The notes: generated from the sequence alone by a model not told the origin. A stretch of DNA of 64,000 nt from Bacilli bacterium (GCA_028694645.1 JAQVKM010000004.1:79365-143364); one strand, 5' to 3'. Numbered from the stretch's first letter, positions 40,104 through 52,286 are shown. Translations and numbers: made by a program.

Positions 40104-40907
40104 ATGACTAGTCGTATGGATAGATATTATAAACCAGAAACTAATATAAAAAAAAGAAGTCAAAAAAATGAACAGTTGTACCGTAATATATATGAAAATG
40201 CTGAATATAGTAATATCGAAGGAATAGCTACTATAGAAAAAGGCAACGAAATAGATATCAATAAAGTTAAAAACATGATTAAAAATAGAGAAGACTATTT
40301 AAAACAAAGAGAAATCAAGGGAATATTGTCTTCAACTAAAGAATCAGTTTCAATTAAAGAAATAGAAGATATTGAAGAAAAAAATTATGACATTAGAGAC
40401 ATATTAGATAAAGCTAAAATAAATAAAAATACGGAAGATAAATATCGTACTTTAAATAATACTAATTATGATATATTCAAAGACTTAAGAGATAAACGCC
40501 GTAAAGAAATAGAAAAAGAAGGCGAAACAGAAAACGAATTAAGAGAATTAATTGATACAATAACAAGTACAAGCGCTCTTAATAAAATGGAAGATAAAGA
40601 ATTAAGCCTAGATTTGCTTGATGATTTAAAATCAACTGGAAACACTACAATAACAGCTAAAGATTCAATTAAGGCTTTATTAGAAGAAGCTAGAAATTTA
40701 GATAAAGCTAAAGATCACACAAAACCAGAAATGGATAAATCTTTTTATACATCTAGTTTAAATTTTAAAGATGATGATTTTGAACAATTAGCTAATTTAA
40801 ATAACAATTTGAAAAAAAACAACGTTTTAATGAAAACAATATTATTTATTGTTTTAGCTTCAATAGCTTTAATAATTATAATATCTGTATTTAATATGAC
40901 TAAATAA
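40104..40907 (+). CDS. hypothetical protein with C-terminal transmembrane anchor
   Basis: GAGGTGA RBS. Charged, K/E-rich. C-terminal ILFIVLASIALIIIISVF. Confidence 0.5.
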   Translation: MTSRMDRYYKPETNIKKRSQKNEQLYRNIYENAEYSNIEGIATIEKGNEIDINKVKNMIKNREDYLKQREIKGILSSTKESVSIKEIEDIEEKNYDIRDILDKAKINKNTEDKYRTLNNTNYDIFKDLRDKRRKEIEKEGETENELRELIDTITSTSALNKMEDKELSLDLLDDLKSTGNTTITAKDSIKALLEEARNLDKAKDHTKPEMDKSFYTSSLNFKDDDFEQLANLNNNLKKNNVLMKTILFIVLASIALIIIISVFNMTK

Positions 40908-41001
40908 TAGACTTTTAAGTCTTTTTATTTTATTCATTTAAGATATACTTTTTTTAATAAAATAAATTTGATATAATTAATATAGTTAAGGAATTGATAA
41001 T

Positions 41002-42300
41002 ATGAATAAAATAAATGACTTTTTATTAAAAAACATAAATATAATAATTATAATATTTCTTTTTTTAGGTCCTTTATTTGATTTATTATCTTCATTATTT
41101 ATAAATGTATTTAAAATTGAATTTAATTTTATAATATTATTTAAAATATCATTTATGTTTCTTTCAATATACTATTTATTTTTTATAAGTAAAACTAAAT
41201 ATAAAAAAATAAGTATATTTTATATATTATTAATTTTATTATATAGTTTGATATATATAGTTATAACAATCTATACAAAAGATATATCAGTTTTATTATA
41301 TGAAATACAAAATTTAATAAGAAATTTATTTTTTCCTATATGTTTAATTTCATTAATTAATATTTATGAAGAAAAAAAGTTTGAAATAAATTATAAAGAT
41401 TTATCAAAAATACTGATTATTTATCTAATATTAATATTTATTCCAATGATAACTAAAACTAGTTTTAATAGTTATGCTTATAGTAAAGTTGGAAGTATTG
41501 GATGGTTTAATTCAACAAATGAAATTGGTGGAATATTATCAATTTTATTACCTTTTTTACTACTATATATTTTTACATTTAAAAAAAAGATTTATAAATT
41601 TATATCTTTAATCGTAATATTGTTTATTTACTTTTCATTAGGAAGTAAAGTACCAGTATTATCAATTATGATTATTACAAGCATATATTTAATTATTTAT
41701 ATATATAAAATAATTAATTCAAAATCATATCAAAAACTATTATATATAATTGTTGCTTTAATAATTGGATTAGTTTTATCATTTGTAATAATACCTAAAA
41801 CGTCTTTTTATAAAAATATAGTTATTCATTTAGAATTTTTAGAGGTTAATCAATTAACTGATTTATTTACAATAGAAAAAATAGATCATTTTGTTTTTTC
41901 ATCAAGAATTAAATTTCTTCAAGAAACAAGAGATAATTATATTAACGCTTCAAATATAGAAAAATTATTTGGGATAGGTTATATTGAACAATATGGAACG
42001 GATAATGCAAATATCAAAACAATTGAAATGGATTATTATGATATTTTTTATCGAAATGGAATAATTGGATTTATACTTATTTTTGCTCCTGTTATTTATT
42101 TGATTAAAAATTATTATAAGAAAATAAGTATAATTAAATTTGATTCAATAAAGAAAAATATAATGATTAGTTTGTTATTAATATTTATATTATCTTTATT
42201 CTCCGGTCATATATTAACAGCTCCATCTGTAAGTATTTATGCAATAATAGTTATGTTATATTTTAATCAGGAGGTTTTATGCAAACAGGATTCATTATAG
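41002..42300 (+). CDS. polytopic membrane protein, Wzy/O-antigen-polymerase-like
   Basis: 432 aa with ~10-12 hydrophobic helices. First gene of the glycan locus. Confidence 0.45.
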   Translation: MNKINDFLLKNINIIIIIFLFLGPLFDLLSSLFINVFKIEFNFIILFKISFMFLSIYYLFFISKTKYKKISIFYILLILLYSLIYIVITIYTKDISVLLYEIQNLIRNLFFPICLISLINIYEEKKFEINYKDLSKILIIYLILIFIPMITKTSFNSYAYSKVGSIGWFNSTNEIGGILSILLPFLLLYIFTFKKKIYKFISLIVILFIYFSLGSKVPVLSIMIITSIYLIIYIYKIINSKSYQKLLYIIVALIIGLVLSFVIIPKTSFYKNIVIHLEFLEVNQLTDLFTIEKIDHFVFSSRIKFLQETRDNYINASNIEKLFGIGYIEQYGTDNANIKTIEMDYYDIFYRNGIIGFILIFAPVIYLIKNYYKKISIIKFDSIKKNIMISLLLIFILSLFSGHILTAPSVSIYAIIVMLYFNQEVLCKQDSL

Positions 42301-43139
42301 TTAATTACAATGATTATAAAACAACACAAAAATTAATCAATAACATAATTGATTACAAAATTATAAATAAAATAGTAGTAGTTGATAATGCTTCTACTGA
42401 TGACTCATATCAAAAATTAATTAAAATAAATAATGATAAATTGATTGTTTTAAAAAACACAGATAATAAAGGTTATGGTTCTGGAATAAATGTTGGAGCT
42501 AAATATTTGAAAAAAATTTTTCATAATTGGAATATTATAATTAGTAATGCTGATATCATAATTAATGATGAAAATGATTTAATAAAATTAATTGATAATT
42601 TATCAGATGATAATATTGGTGTAATAGCTCCTGTAATTAATGAACATGGCACTTTAAATAGAGGCTGGATTATTCCATCTCCAAAGACTGATGTTTTATT
42701 AAACTTACCATATTTTTATAAACATTTTAAAAATAAATTATTACTATATAAAAATGATTATTATAAAAGCGATATGACTGAGGTAGAAGTTGTATCAGGA
42801 TGCTTTTTTTTAACTAAATTAGATATTTTAGAAAAAATCGATTATTTTGATGAAAATGTATTTTTGTATTATGAAGAAAATATATTGGCGTCTAAATTAA
42901 AAAAAATTAATAAAAAAACTTTTATTAATAATAAAATACAAGTTATACATGATCATTCTGTTACTATTGATAAAAGTATTAACAAAATAAGAAAATATAA
43001 AATATTGAAAAAAAGTCAATTTTATTTTCAAACTAAATATAATAAAGCTAATGTAATTGATAAATTTTTATTATATATATCTATTAAATTGGGCATATTT
43101 ATTCAATATTTGATTGGTATGAAAAGAGGTAAAAAATGA
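42279..43139 (+). CDS. glycosyltransferase family 2
   Basis: IIVNYND...VVDNASTDDS GT-A N-terminus. Confidence 0.75.
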   Translation: MQTGFIIVNYNDYKTTQKLINNIIDYKIINKIVVVDNASTDDSYQKLIKINNDKLIVLKNTDNKGYGSGINVGAKYLKKIFHNWNIIISNADIIINDENDLIKLIDNLSDDNIGVIAPVINEHGTLNRGWIIPSPKTDVLLNLPYFYKHFKNKLLLYKNDYYKSDMTEVEVVSGCFFLTKLDILEKIDYFDENVFLYYEENILASKLKKINKKTFINNKIQVIHDHSVTIDKSINKIRKYKILKKSQFYFQTKYNKANVIDKFLLYISIKLGIFIQYLIGMKRGKK

Positions 43140-43921
43140 AAATATCATTAATAACTGTTTGTTATAATTCTTCTAAAACAATTGAAGAAACTCTAAAATC
43201 AGTTTTAGAGCAAACTTATGATAACTATGAATATATAATAGTTGATGGTTTATCAAAAGATAATACACTAGAAATAATAAAAAAATTTGAAGATAAATTT
43301 AATGGCAAATTAAAATATATTAGCGAAAAAGATAAAGGACTTTATGATGCTATGAATAAAGGAATATTATTAGCAAAAGGAGATATTGTTGGAATTTTGA
43401 ATTCTGATGATATTCTAGCTAATAAACATGTATTTGAAAAAATAATTAGTAAATTTGATAAAGATATTGATGGGATTTATTCTGATTTAGTATTTTTAGA
43501 CGAAAGCACAATGAGCATTCCTACGAGAAACTTTATTGCAGGTAAAAGCTCTAAAAAATTAGGTTGGCATCCACCACATCCAACATTATATTTAAGAAAA
43601 GAAGTATATAATAAAATTGGGGTATTTGATTTAAATTATAGAATTGCAGCTGATTATGATTTTATGTTAAGAATGCTAAATAAAAAAGTTAATCTTTTAT
43701 ATATAAAAGAATACTTAATTAAAATGCGTTCTGGTGGAGTTAGTACTAATGGATTAAAAGGATATATAAAAAATTTAGAAGAAGCACACAATGTTTTGAA
43801 AAAAAATAACATTAAATTTAAATTGTTGAGTAGTTTTTTAAGAATTATTAAAACTTTTAAACAAGGTATAAGTGCTAAAATAAGTAAAACAAAAATATTA
43901 AAAAAACTTAACACATATTAA
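43136..43921 (+). CDS. glycosyltransferase family 2
   Basis: ISLITVCYNS...YIIVDGLSKDNT. DxD present as SDD. Confidence 0.8.
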   Translation: MKISLITVCYNSSKTIEETLKSVLEQTYDNYEYIIVDGLSKDNTLEIIKKFEDKFNGKLKYISEKDKGLYDAMNKGILLAKGDIVGILNSDDILANKHVFEKIISKFDKDIDGIYSDLVFLDESTMSIPTRNFIAGKSSKKLGWHPPHPTLYLRKEVYNKIGVFDLNYRIAADYDFMLRMLNKKVNLLYIKEYLIKMRSGGVSTNGLKGYIKNLEEAHNVLKKNNIKFKLLSSFLRIIKTFKQGISAKISKTKILKKLNTY

Positions 43922-43987
43922 TGTGTTTTTTTATGAAAAATTAATAAATTATGATATAATTGATATATATTATGGCAATTTTGCTTA

Positions 43988-44737
43988 TTGGAGGAATTTA
44001 TGATAAAAAATGATAATGCAATTGAAGTTAAAAATATGACTAAATGTTTTAAGATATACTCTGATAAACCAAGTACATTAAAAGAAAGATTGGTTTTTTG
44101 GAATAATAATAATAAAGAAATAAGAACAGTATTAAAACATATAAATTTAAATATTAAAAAAGGTGAAACAGTTGCTTTGATAGGAACTAATGGAAGTGGG
44201 AAATCAACTCTTTTAAAATTAATGACTAAAATAATTTATCCTACAAAAGGATCTATTAAAACTGAAGGTAAATTAACTTCATTACTTGAATTAGGAGCTG
44301 GATTTCATCCTGATTTTACAGGTAGGGAAAACATATATTTTAATGCTTCTATATTTGGCTTAACAAGAAAAGAAATCGAAAAAAGAATAGATGATATTAT
44401 TAAATTCTCAGAACTAGAAGAATTCATAGACAATCCAGTTAGAACATATTCCTCTGGAATGTATATGAGATTAGCTTTTTCTGTGGCCATAAATGTTGAT
44501 GCAGAAATATTATTAATTGATGAAATATTAGCTGTAGGAGATCAACATTTTCAAGATAAATGCTTTGATAAACTTCAAGAACTAAGTAAAAGCGAAAAAA
44601 CAATTGTTATTGTTAGTCATAGCTTGGATGCTATAAAAAAACTATGTAGTAGAGCAATTTGGATTTATGATGGTGAGCTTAGATTAGATGGTAAACCAGA
44701 AGAAGTAATAGAAGAATACTTGAGTATTTGTGGGTAG
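43988..44737 (+). CDS. polysaccharide/teichoic-acid export ABC transporter ATP-binding protein (TagH/Wzt-like)
   Basis: Walker A GTNGSGKST, signature YSSGMYMRL and Walker B LLIDE. Confidence 0.8.
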   Translation: MEEFMIKNDNAIEVKNMTKCFKIYSDKPSTLKERLVFWNNNNKEIRTVLKHINLNIKKGETVALIGTNGSGKSTLLKLMTKIIYPTKGSIKTEGKLTSLLELGAGFHPDFTGRENIYFNASIFGLTRKEIEKRIDDIIKFSELEEFIDNPVRTYSSGMYMRLAFSVAINVDAEILLIDEILAVGDQHFQDKCFDKLQELSKSEKTIVIVSHSLDAIKKLCSRAIWIYDGELRLDGKPEEVIEEYLSICG

Positions 44738-44745
44738 GTGTAATT

Positions 44746-45516
44746 ATGATAAAAAATTTATATGATTATAGAGAATTACTTAAGAGTAATGTAAAAAAAG
44801 AAATAAGAGGAAAATATAAAGGCTCTTTTTTAGGCGTGTTATGGTCTTTTGTAAATCCTCTTTTATCTGTATTAGTTTATGCAATTGTTTTTCCGATTAT
44901 CTTAAAACAAAGTCAAGATAATTATGTAACTTTCTTAATAATAGGAATATTACCTTGGACATTTTTTACAACTGTAATTAATCAAGGAACGTTTACTATT
45001 GTTGGAAATGCTGGAATCATTAAAAAAGTTTTTTTTCCAAGAGAAATACTGCCTATATCAGTAGTTACTAGTGGTTTAGTTAACTTTTTAATATCTTGTT
45101 TAATTATATTCATTTTCCTTATTTTTGGTGGAATAGGTTTTAGTTCATATATATTGTTATTGCCACTAATAATAATTACGCAATATATATTATCACTAGG
45201 GATTGTATTTATAACTAGTGCTATAAATGTTTATGTAAGAGATGCAGAATATATAATAAATTTCTTTATAATGATGTTGTTTTATGCAACACCAATATTG
45301 TATTCTTCAGAATTATTTGAAGGAACAAAATTTGCATGGATACTAAAATTAAATCCAATGGCATCTATTATTAATTCATATCGTGATATATTATTTTATC
45401 AACAAATGCCAGATTTAAAGACTATGTTAATTGTTCTAATAGGTAGTATTGCTTTATTATTTATTGGAATTCATGTATTTAAAAAATTAGAAAAAGGTTT
45501 TGCAGAAGAGGTGTAA
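44746..45516 (+). CDS. ABC-2 type transporter permease (TagG/Wzm-like)
   Basis: 6 TM helices. Immediately follows the ATPase. Confidence 0.75.
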   Translation: MIKNLYDYRELLKSNVKKEIRGKYKGSFLGVLWSFVNPLLSVLVYAIVFPIILKQSQDNYVTFLIIGILPWTFFTTVINQGTFTIVGNAGIIKKVFFPREILPISVVTSGLVNFLISCLIIFIFLIFGGIGFSSYILLLPLIIITQYILSLGIVFITSAINVYVRDAEYIINFFIMMLFYATPILYSSELFEGTKFAWILKLNPMASIINSYRDILFYQQMPDLKTMLIVLIGSIALLFIGIHVFKKLEKGFAEEV

Positions 45517-45517
45517 A

Positions 45518-47662
45518 GTGAAAAAATATGATTTTATTGGTATAAAAGAACAAACAATATATGGAGTTAAGAATCCATTATTACATATACAAGGAACAAT
45601 AAAATTAGAACATTATGATTTTATTGTTTATGCAGATACTGAAGAAATAAAATTTGAACTTACTATGCTAGGTGAAAAAGATAATTTCTTGTTAACTGCA
45701 AAATTACCAAACAAAACAAAAAATGTAAAAGTATTTATTAAATATGACGATAAATTAAAACTAATTAGCTCTTTAAATAATAAATTGCTAGGAAGATTAT
45801 ATAGAAAAATAAAAACTACTGCAAGAAGAATTTACTTAAAAATAAAATTGGCAATTATAATGATTTTTAGAGGAATTAAATTTTTATGGAGGGAACATCA
45901 TTTCTTAGTTCCACCAGCATTATGGAAAAAATATATTAAATATTATGTAGATAAAATTAAAAGTGGTATTGTGAATAATTTTTATGATCCATTTAGACAA
46001 AATGAATATTTAAATTGGATAAAAGAAAATGAGTGCGAAGAAACAATAATAAATTTTGAATATAATCCACTTATATCTATATTGATTCCAGTTTATAATA
46101 TTGGTGAAAAATATTTAACTGAATGTATTGAATCAATATTAAATCAATCTTATCAAAACTTTGAAATATGTTTAGTTGATGATGCATCAACTAAAGAAGA
46201 AACAATTAAAACTTTAAAAAAATATGAAGATAATTCTAAAATAAAAATAAAATATAGAGATAAAAATGGACATATTTCAAGAACAACAAATGATGCTTTA
46301 GAATTATCTAGTGGTGAGTTTGTAGCTTTAGTAGACAATGATGACTTATTATCAAAAAATGCCCTATATGAAGTTGTAAAAGTTTTAAATGAAAATAAAA
46401 ATCTAGATATGATTTATAGTGATGAAGATAAGATAGATTTTAAAGGTAATAGATGTGATCCTCACTTTAAACCTGATTTTTCTCCAGATACTTTACTTAG
46501 TTTAAATTATATATGTCATTTGGCTGTTTTAAGAAAAACTATTGTGGATGAAATTGGTGGATTTACAGTTGGACTTGAGGGAGCTCAAGATCATGATTTG
46601 TTTTTAAGATTTACCGAAAAAACAAATAAAATACATCATATATCAAAAATATTATATCATTGGCGTAAAATAGAAGGTTCTACTTCTGTTTCAATTGATA
46701 ACAAAAATTATGCAAATGATTTAGGCAAAAAAGCAATAGAAGAAGCACTTAAAAGAAGAAATATAAAAGGTCATGTTGAAAAAGATGTTAAAAGCACTTA
46801 TTATAAAGTTACATATGAATTTGAAAAAGAACCATTAGTATCTTTAATAATACCAACTAGAGATTATGCAGAAACATTAAAAACATGTTTAGATTCTATT
46901 TATGAAAAAACAACTTATAAAAATTATGAAATAATTATTGCAAATAACAATAGTGAAAAAAAAGAAACTTTTGATTTGTTTGATGATTATAAAAATAAGC
47001 ATGATAATTTTAAAGTTATAGATGTTAATACAGAATTTAATTATTCTCATATTAATAATGTTGCTGTAAAAGAATCAAATGGTGAGTATATAGTTTTACT
47101 AAATAATGATACTGAAATAATTACTGAAGATTGGTTAACAATATTAATCGGATATGCTTCACAATCACATATTGGAGCTGTTGGACCTAAACTGTTGTAT
47201 CCAGATTATTCTGTTCAACATGGTGGAGTTATATTAGGTTTAGGAGGAGTAGCATCACATGCGTATATTGGATCTTCAAGAGAAGATTTAGGTATGTATG
47301 GGAGATTATCTGTTCCATACAATTATTCAGCTGTAACAGCTGCTTGTTTAGCGATTTCAAGAAAAAAATTTGATGAAGTTAATGGTTTAGAAGAAGAATT
47401 AAAAGTTGCATATAATGATATTGACTTTAACATAAAACTATTACAAAAAGGATATTATAATGTATTTGTTCCACAAGTTGAAATAATACATTTTGAATCA
47501 AAATCAAGAGGATTAGATACAACTAGTGAAAAATATAAGAGATTTTTAATAGAATCAGATTATATGTATACTAAATGGAAATTGGATACAGATCGATTCT
47601 ATAACCCAAATTTCAGTAAAAAAGGATGGTTTGTCCTAGATAAAAAAAATAAAGAAAAGTAG
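45518..47662 (+). CDS. tandem two-domain family 2 glycosyltransferase
   Basis: Two GT-A modules (ISILIPVYN...LVDDAST and LVSLIIPTRD...). GTG start after a GAGGTG RBS. Confidence 0.7.
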   Translation: MKKYDFIGIKEQTIYGVKNPLLHIQGTIKLEHYDFIVYADTEEIKFELTMLGEKDNFLLTAKLPNKTKNVKVFIKYDDKLKLISSLNNKLLGRLYRKIKTTARRIYLKIKLAIIMIFRGIKFLWREHHFLVPPALWKKYIKYYVDKIKSGIVNNFYDPFRQNEYLNWIKENECEETIINFEYNPLISILIPVYNIGEKYLTECIESILNQSYQNFEICLVDDASTKEETIKTLKKYEDNSKIKIKYRDKNGHISRTTNDALELSSGEFVALVDNDDLLSKNALYEVVKVLNENKNLDMIYSDEDKIDFKGNRCDPHFKPDFSPDTLLSLNYICHLAVLRKTIVDEIGGFTVGLEGAQDHDLFLRFTEKTNKIHHISKILYHWRKIEGSTSVSIDNKNYANDLGKKAIEEALKRRNIKGHVEKDVKSTYYKVTYEFEKEPLVSLIIPTRDYAETLKTCLDSIYEKTTYKNYEIIIANNNSEKKETFDLFDDYKNKHDNFKVIDVNTEFNYSHINNVAVKESNGEYIVLLNNDTEIITEDWLTILIGYASQSHIGAVGPKLLYPDYSVQHGGVILGLGGVASHAYIGSSREDLGMYGRLSVPYNYSAVTAACLAISRKKFDEVNGLEEELKVAYNDIDFNIKLLQKGYYNVFVPQVEIIHFESKSRGLDTTSEKYKRFLIESDYMYTKWKLDTDRFYNPNFSKKGWFVLDKKNKEK

Positions 47663-47677
47663 AAAGGCAAATTTAAT

Positions 47678-49333
47678 ATGAAATTAACAAATAAAAAACA
47701 AATTTTTTATACTACTATTTTGCTGATAACTTATTTAATAATATTCTTTACAAATAATTATAATTATTTAGTTTTATTATTTTCAATAATTGCTATATTT
47801 TCATACTTAATAGGGACAAAAATTGATAGTGAAAAACTTGATAGGTTATTGGAATTTTTTGACAAAAAAAAAGTAACTTTTATCTTACAATTTATTATAT
47901 CATTGGTATTTGTAATTGGAATATATAAATTGGTGTATATTAGTTCATATAATAATTATATTTCAAAATATTATTTAATATTAACTTCGGTTTCTTTAGA
48001 AATTTTATGCATATTTTTATCCAGAAAATTAAAAAAAATAGCAATTGAAAAATTATTTATTTTAATTGCTATACCTATAGGGTTAGCATATTTAGTTTTT
48101 ATTATACCAAATCATGTGCCAGACGAGAATTGCCATTATTATTCAAGTTATAATTTTTCTAACGGAAACTTATTTTCAAATGAATTAAATGGCAATATTC
48201 CTAAGCAAATATTAATAAATGATATTAATAAGATAAATACATATAAAAATTTGGATGATGCTTTAAGATTAGAAGCAAATTATGATGATACAACAGATGT
48301 ATCAGTTTCAGCATATAATATATTTGTTTATTTTCCTGGGACTATTGGTATAGAAATAGGCAAAATACTAAATTTGCCAATATATTTAGGATTTTATTTT
48401 GCTAGAATATTGTGTTTTATAACTTATTTAATAATAGCTTATTATATTATTAAAATTTTGCCGGTAGGTAAAAATATTGCATTTGTATATATGTTGAACC
48501 CTATGATGATGCAACAATCAATTTCCTTATCGGCTGATAATTTGATTAATTTATATTGTTTACTATTTATAGCATATGTTATTAAATTAAAATATCAAAA
48601 AGAATATTTAAGTAAAAAAGAATTACTTGTTTTAGGTATATTGATGTTTTTAATAGCAATATCTAAATATGTTTATATTCCTATTGTCTTATTGTCTATT
48701 ATATTATTTTCAAAATCAAAAAAAAATAAGAAGAATTTAATTATTTTAATTATTGTTGCAATTATTTTATGTTGCCTAACATATGGGTATACATCCTTCT
48801 TTACAAAATCAACCCCAAATCCATATGTCATTGAAAACAATATAAGCACAACAGAACAATTAAAAAATATAATAAAGAGTCCATTAGTACTTTTGAAAAT
48901 GTATTATTATACTTTTATAAACTTAGGAGATTACTTCTTAGAAACTTTTATTGGAGCGAAACTAGGTTGGTTAAATATAGGTGTAAATGGATTAGTAATC
49001 AAGATATATATGATGCTGCTGATATTATCACCTTTTTTATTTAAAGAAGAAAATAGGTTAAATAAAAAAGAAAAATATTTATTTGTTGGTGTATCAATAG
49101 TTATTTTTTTACTAATAATACTTGGGTTATACTTATCTTGGACTGGTGTAGGACAATTAGTTGCTCTTGGTATACAAGGGAGATATTTTATACCTTTTGC
49201 AATATTGTTATTTATAGTATTATGTGATAAAAATAGATATCTAAGTTTTAAGAATGTTCTTAAAATAGAAACTTTTATATTGTTAGTATTACATAGCTCT
49301 GTTATAATGACAATAATTAATTTTTTTATATAA
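47678..49333 (+). CDS. large polytopic membrane protein (possible GT-C-fold glycosyltransferase)
   Basis: 551 aa with >10 TM helices. Adjacent to a GtrB-like gene. Confidence 0.45.
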   Translation: MKLTNKKQIFYTTILLITYLIIFFTNNYNYLVLLFSIIAIFSYLIGTKIDSEKLDRLLEFFDKKKVTFILQFIISLVFVIGIYKLVYISSYNNYISKYYLILTSVSLEILCIFLSRKLKKIAIEKLFILIAIPIGLAYLVFIIPNHVPDENCHYYSSYNFSNGNLFSNELNGNIPKQILINDINKINTYKNLDDALRLEANYDDTTDVSVSAYNIFVYFPGTIGIEIGKILNLPIYLGFYFARILCFITYLIIAYYIIKILPVGKNIAFVYMLNPMMMQQSISLSADNLINLYCLLFIAYVIKLKYQKEYLSKKELLVLGILMFLIAISKYVYIPIVLLSIILFSKSKKNKKNLIILIIVAIILCCLTYGYTSFFTKSTPNPYVIENNISTTEQLKNIIKSPLVLLKMYYYTFINLGDYFLETFIGAKLGWLNIGVNGLVIKIYMMLLILSPFLFKEENRLNKKEKYLFVGVSIVIFLLIILGLYLSWTGVGQLVALGIQGRYFIPFAILLFIVLCDKNRYLSFKNVLKIETFILLVLHSSVIMTIINFFI

Positions 49334-49447
49334 TATATTCATTAAATGATAAATAAAAAATATTAATTTATATTAAATTTAAACTAGAAACATCTAGTTT
49401 TTTTTATAACTTGTATGTTATAATTATAAAAGAAAAGTGGTGTTAAT

Positions 49448-50161
49448 ATGAATAAAATATTACTTATTATACCAGCGTATAATGAAGAAGAAAATATATT
49501 GAAAACTTACAAAACAATTACAAACTATTGTAAAAGAGAAAAAGTAAAATATGATGTCATCGTTATTAATGATGGTTCAACAGATGATACAAAAGAAATA
49601 TGTGAAAATAATAAAATTCCAACAATTAATTTAATTAATAATTTAGGAATTGGAGGAGCTGTTCAAACAGGATATAAGTATGCTTTTCAAAACAATTATG
49701 ATATAGCAATTCAGTTTGATGGAGACGGTCAACATGATGTAAGATATGTTGAGAAAATAATAGCTCCAATTCTAAAAAAAGAATCAGATTTAGTAATTGG
49801 ATCCCGTTTTATTGATAAAAATACTGATGGATTTAAATCAACACTATCAAGAAGAATAGGTATTAAATTAATTTCTTGGTTGATTAATATTGTTTGTAAA
49901 AAGAGAATATTTGATACAACCTCAGGATTTAGAGCTTGTAATAAAAAAATAATAGAGGAATTTGCAAATTCATATCCAGTTGAATATCCTGAACCAATAA
50001 CAACAGTAGAGGTTATAAAAAAAGGATATAACGTGAAAGAAGTTACAGTTAAAATGGCAGAAAGAATTGGTGGAGAATCATCAATTAAAGCATGGAAATC
50101 AGTTTATTATATGATTAATGTTTTTCTTTCAATAATAATAGTAGGGACAAGGAGGTATTAA
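49448..50161 (+). CDS. polyprenol-phosphate glycosyltransferase (GtrB/DPM1-like GT2)
   Basis: LLIIPAYNEEENI...VIVINDGSTDDT...QFDGDGQHD. Confidence 0.75.
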   Translation: MNKILLIIPAYNEEENILKTYKTITNYCKREKVKYDVIVINDGSTDDTKEICENNKIPTINLINNLGIGGAVQTGYKYAFQNNYDIAIQFDGDGQHDVRYVEKIIAPILKKESDLVIGSRFIDKNTDGFKSTLSRRIGIKLISWLINIVCKKRIFDTTSGFRACNKKIIEEFANSYPVEYPEPITTVEVIKKGYNVKEVTVKMAERIGGESSIKAWKSVYYMINVFLSIIIVGTRRY

Positions 50162-50162
50162 T

Positions 50163-50504
50163 ATGTCATTGAAAATAAAATTGGGGATGTTTTTCTTTTC
50201 AATAATTCTTGCATTATTTGTAAGTTACATATTAAAAAAAGAAAAAATGCCAGTTAAATATTCTATTGTTTGGTACCTAGCAGCATTTATTATATTATTG
50301 GCAGCAATTGTTCCAAACTTTTTAATATCAATATCAAGTTTTCTAGGTTTTGAAGCATTATCTAGTATGATAACTGGGCTAATGATAATTATTTTACTTT
50401 CAATTTCAATGGTGTTAACAGTAATTATATCGAATCAAAAAAGAACTATAGTTAAATTAATTCAAGAAGTGTCAATTATAAAGGGAAAAATAAATGAGGA
50501 ATAA
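50163..50504 (+). CDS. small membrane protein (DUF2304-like)
   Basis: 113 aa with 3 TM. Typical partner of GtrB-like genes. Confidence 0.4.
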   Translation: MSLKIKLGMFFFSIILALFVSYILKKEKMPVKYSIVWYLAAFIILLAAIVPNFLISISSFLGFEALSSMITGLMIIILLSISMVLTVIISNQKRTIVKLIQEVSIIKGKINEE

Positions 50505-51711
50505 AAATTTTTTTTGGAATATGATAGGCTCAACATTTAATGCATTTAATTCACTGTTTTTTATGGTTGTTGTAATAAGAATCAATGGCAGTGCTGATGC
50601 TGGTGTTTTTACATATTCATATTCAGTAGCTTGCCTCTTATATTATATTGGTATATATTTTGGAAGAACCTATCAAGTTACAGATACAAAAAAAGATTTC
50701 AGTGATAAAGATTATATATTCAATAGGTATATATCCATTTTTATAATGGTTATAATTTCAATAATATTTGTTGTAATAATGAAATTTGATAATTATAAAT
50801 CTTTAATTTTAATTTTATTAACTATTTATAGGGCAGTTGATGCATTAGCTGAAGTTTATTATGGTATTCTTCATAAAAATGAAAAATTGTATCTAGTTGG
50901 AATTTCTATGACATTAAAATCTTTATGTGGTTTAATATTATTTATTTTGGGTGATATTATATTCAAAAATATAATTTTAGCGTGTATATTTACCATATTA
51001 TTTAATTTAATTATTACAATTTTGAATGACAAAAGAAGGAGCAAAAAATATTTAGAAGAAGGAAATTCAAATTTTAAAAGTATTACAAGCATATATTTAA
51101 AATCATTTTTTGTATTTGCCTTTTCATTCTTGTCAATGTATATAGTGTCTGTTCCAAAATATTCAATGGTTAATTTACCGAATGAAGAACAGGCAATATT
51201 TGGAATAATAATGATGCCGGCAACTTTTGTTAGTTTGTGTGGATATTATATTATTAATCCATATTTAAATAAATTAACAGAATTTTATAAGAATAAAGAT
51301 AAAATAAATTTTGAATTGATTGTAAAAAAAATTTTACTATTTGTATTAGGAATTGGGGTGTTTGCTGAATTATGTGTATTTTCAGTAGCTATACCAATAT
51401 TAAATTTTGTGTTTAAAATAAATTTAAATGACTTCAAATTACAATTAGGAATAATAATTTTAGGTGCTGTTTTCTACACGGCAGGATTGGTATATTCAAA
51501 TGTATTGACAATATTCAGAAAGACCTTTGTTCAATTTATTATTTATGGTATAACTGCACTTGTTGGACTAGCTGTTTCTGTTGTTCTAATTTCTAATTAT
51601 TATCTGTTTGGAGGGACAATGTCATATTTTATTATAATGTCATTGCAATTATTATTGTATACAATAGTAACTAAAAGTATTATGAAAGAGGTTTTTAAAA
51701 ATGATAGATAA
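50494..51711 (+). CDS. Wzx-like oligosaccharide flippase (MOP superfamily)
   Basis: 405 aa with ~12 TM helices. Confidence 0.55.
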   Translation: MRNKNFFWNMIGSTFNAFNSLFFMVVVIRINGSADAGVFTYSYSVACLLYYIGIYFGRTYQVTDTKKDFSDKDYIFNRYISIFIMVIISIIFVVIMKFDNYKSLILILLTIYRAVDALAEVYYGILHKNEKLYLVGISMTLKSLCGLILFILGDIIFKNIILACIFTILFNLIITILNDKRRSKKYLEEGNSNFKSITSIYLKSFFVFAFSFLSMYIVSVPKYSMVNLPNEEQAIFGIIMMPATFVSLCGYYIINPYLNKLTEFYKNKDKINFELIVKKILLFVLGIGVFAELCVFSVAIPILNFVFKINLNDFKLQLGIIILGAVFYTAGLVYSNVLTIFRKTFVQFIIYGITALVGLAVSVVLISNYYLFGGTMSYFIIMSLQLLLYTIVTKSIMKEVFKNDR

Positions 51712-52285
51712 GATTGACTTAGTATTAAATGAACAAATAAACAATTTGAATGAATTGAAAAATAATAACTATAAAAATAAAATTATGGAAATCAGCAATT
51801 TGATTATTAATGCCATGAAAAATGGTAATAAAATTTTGATAGCTGGTAATGGTGGTTCAGCTGCAGATGCACAACATTTCGCAGCGGAATTAGTTGGAAG
51901 ATTTTGTTTAGAAAGAAAGGGACTACCGGCTATTGCATTAACAACCGATTCTTCTATTCTAACTTGTATGGGTAATGATTATGGATATGATTTTGTCTTT
52001 TCAAGACAAATTGAGGCACTTGGTAAAGCTGGTGATATTTTTATAGGAATATCAACAAGTGGAAATTCTAAAAATATTATTAATGCAACTTTAGAAGCAA
52101 ATAAAAATGGCATTATTTCAATATCTATGACAGGAAAAGATGGTGGAATAATTAAAGAAATAAGTGACTTTAATTTAAATTTTAATTATAAAGAAACAGC
52201 TAGAGTTCAAGAACATCACATAATGTCTATTCATTTAATTTGTGAGGCTGTAGAAAAAAAAATGAAGATATTTCAGGAGGGATAA
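51701..52285 (+). CDS. gmhA: D-sedoheptulose-7-phosphate isomerase
   Basis: SIS domain [19 protein letters not shown]...GISTSGNS. Confidence 0.8.
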   Translation: MIDKIDLVLNEQINNLNELKNNNYKNKIMEISNLIINAMKNGNKILIAGNGGSAADAQHFAAELVGRFCLERKGLPAIALTTDSSILTCMGNDYGYDFVFSRQIEALGKAGDIFIGISTSGNSKNIINATLEANKNGIISISMTGKDGGIIKEISDFNLNFNYKETARVQEHHIMSIHLICEAVEKKMKIFQEG

Positions 52286-52286
52286 A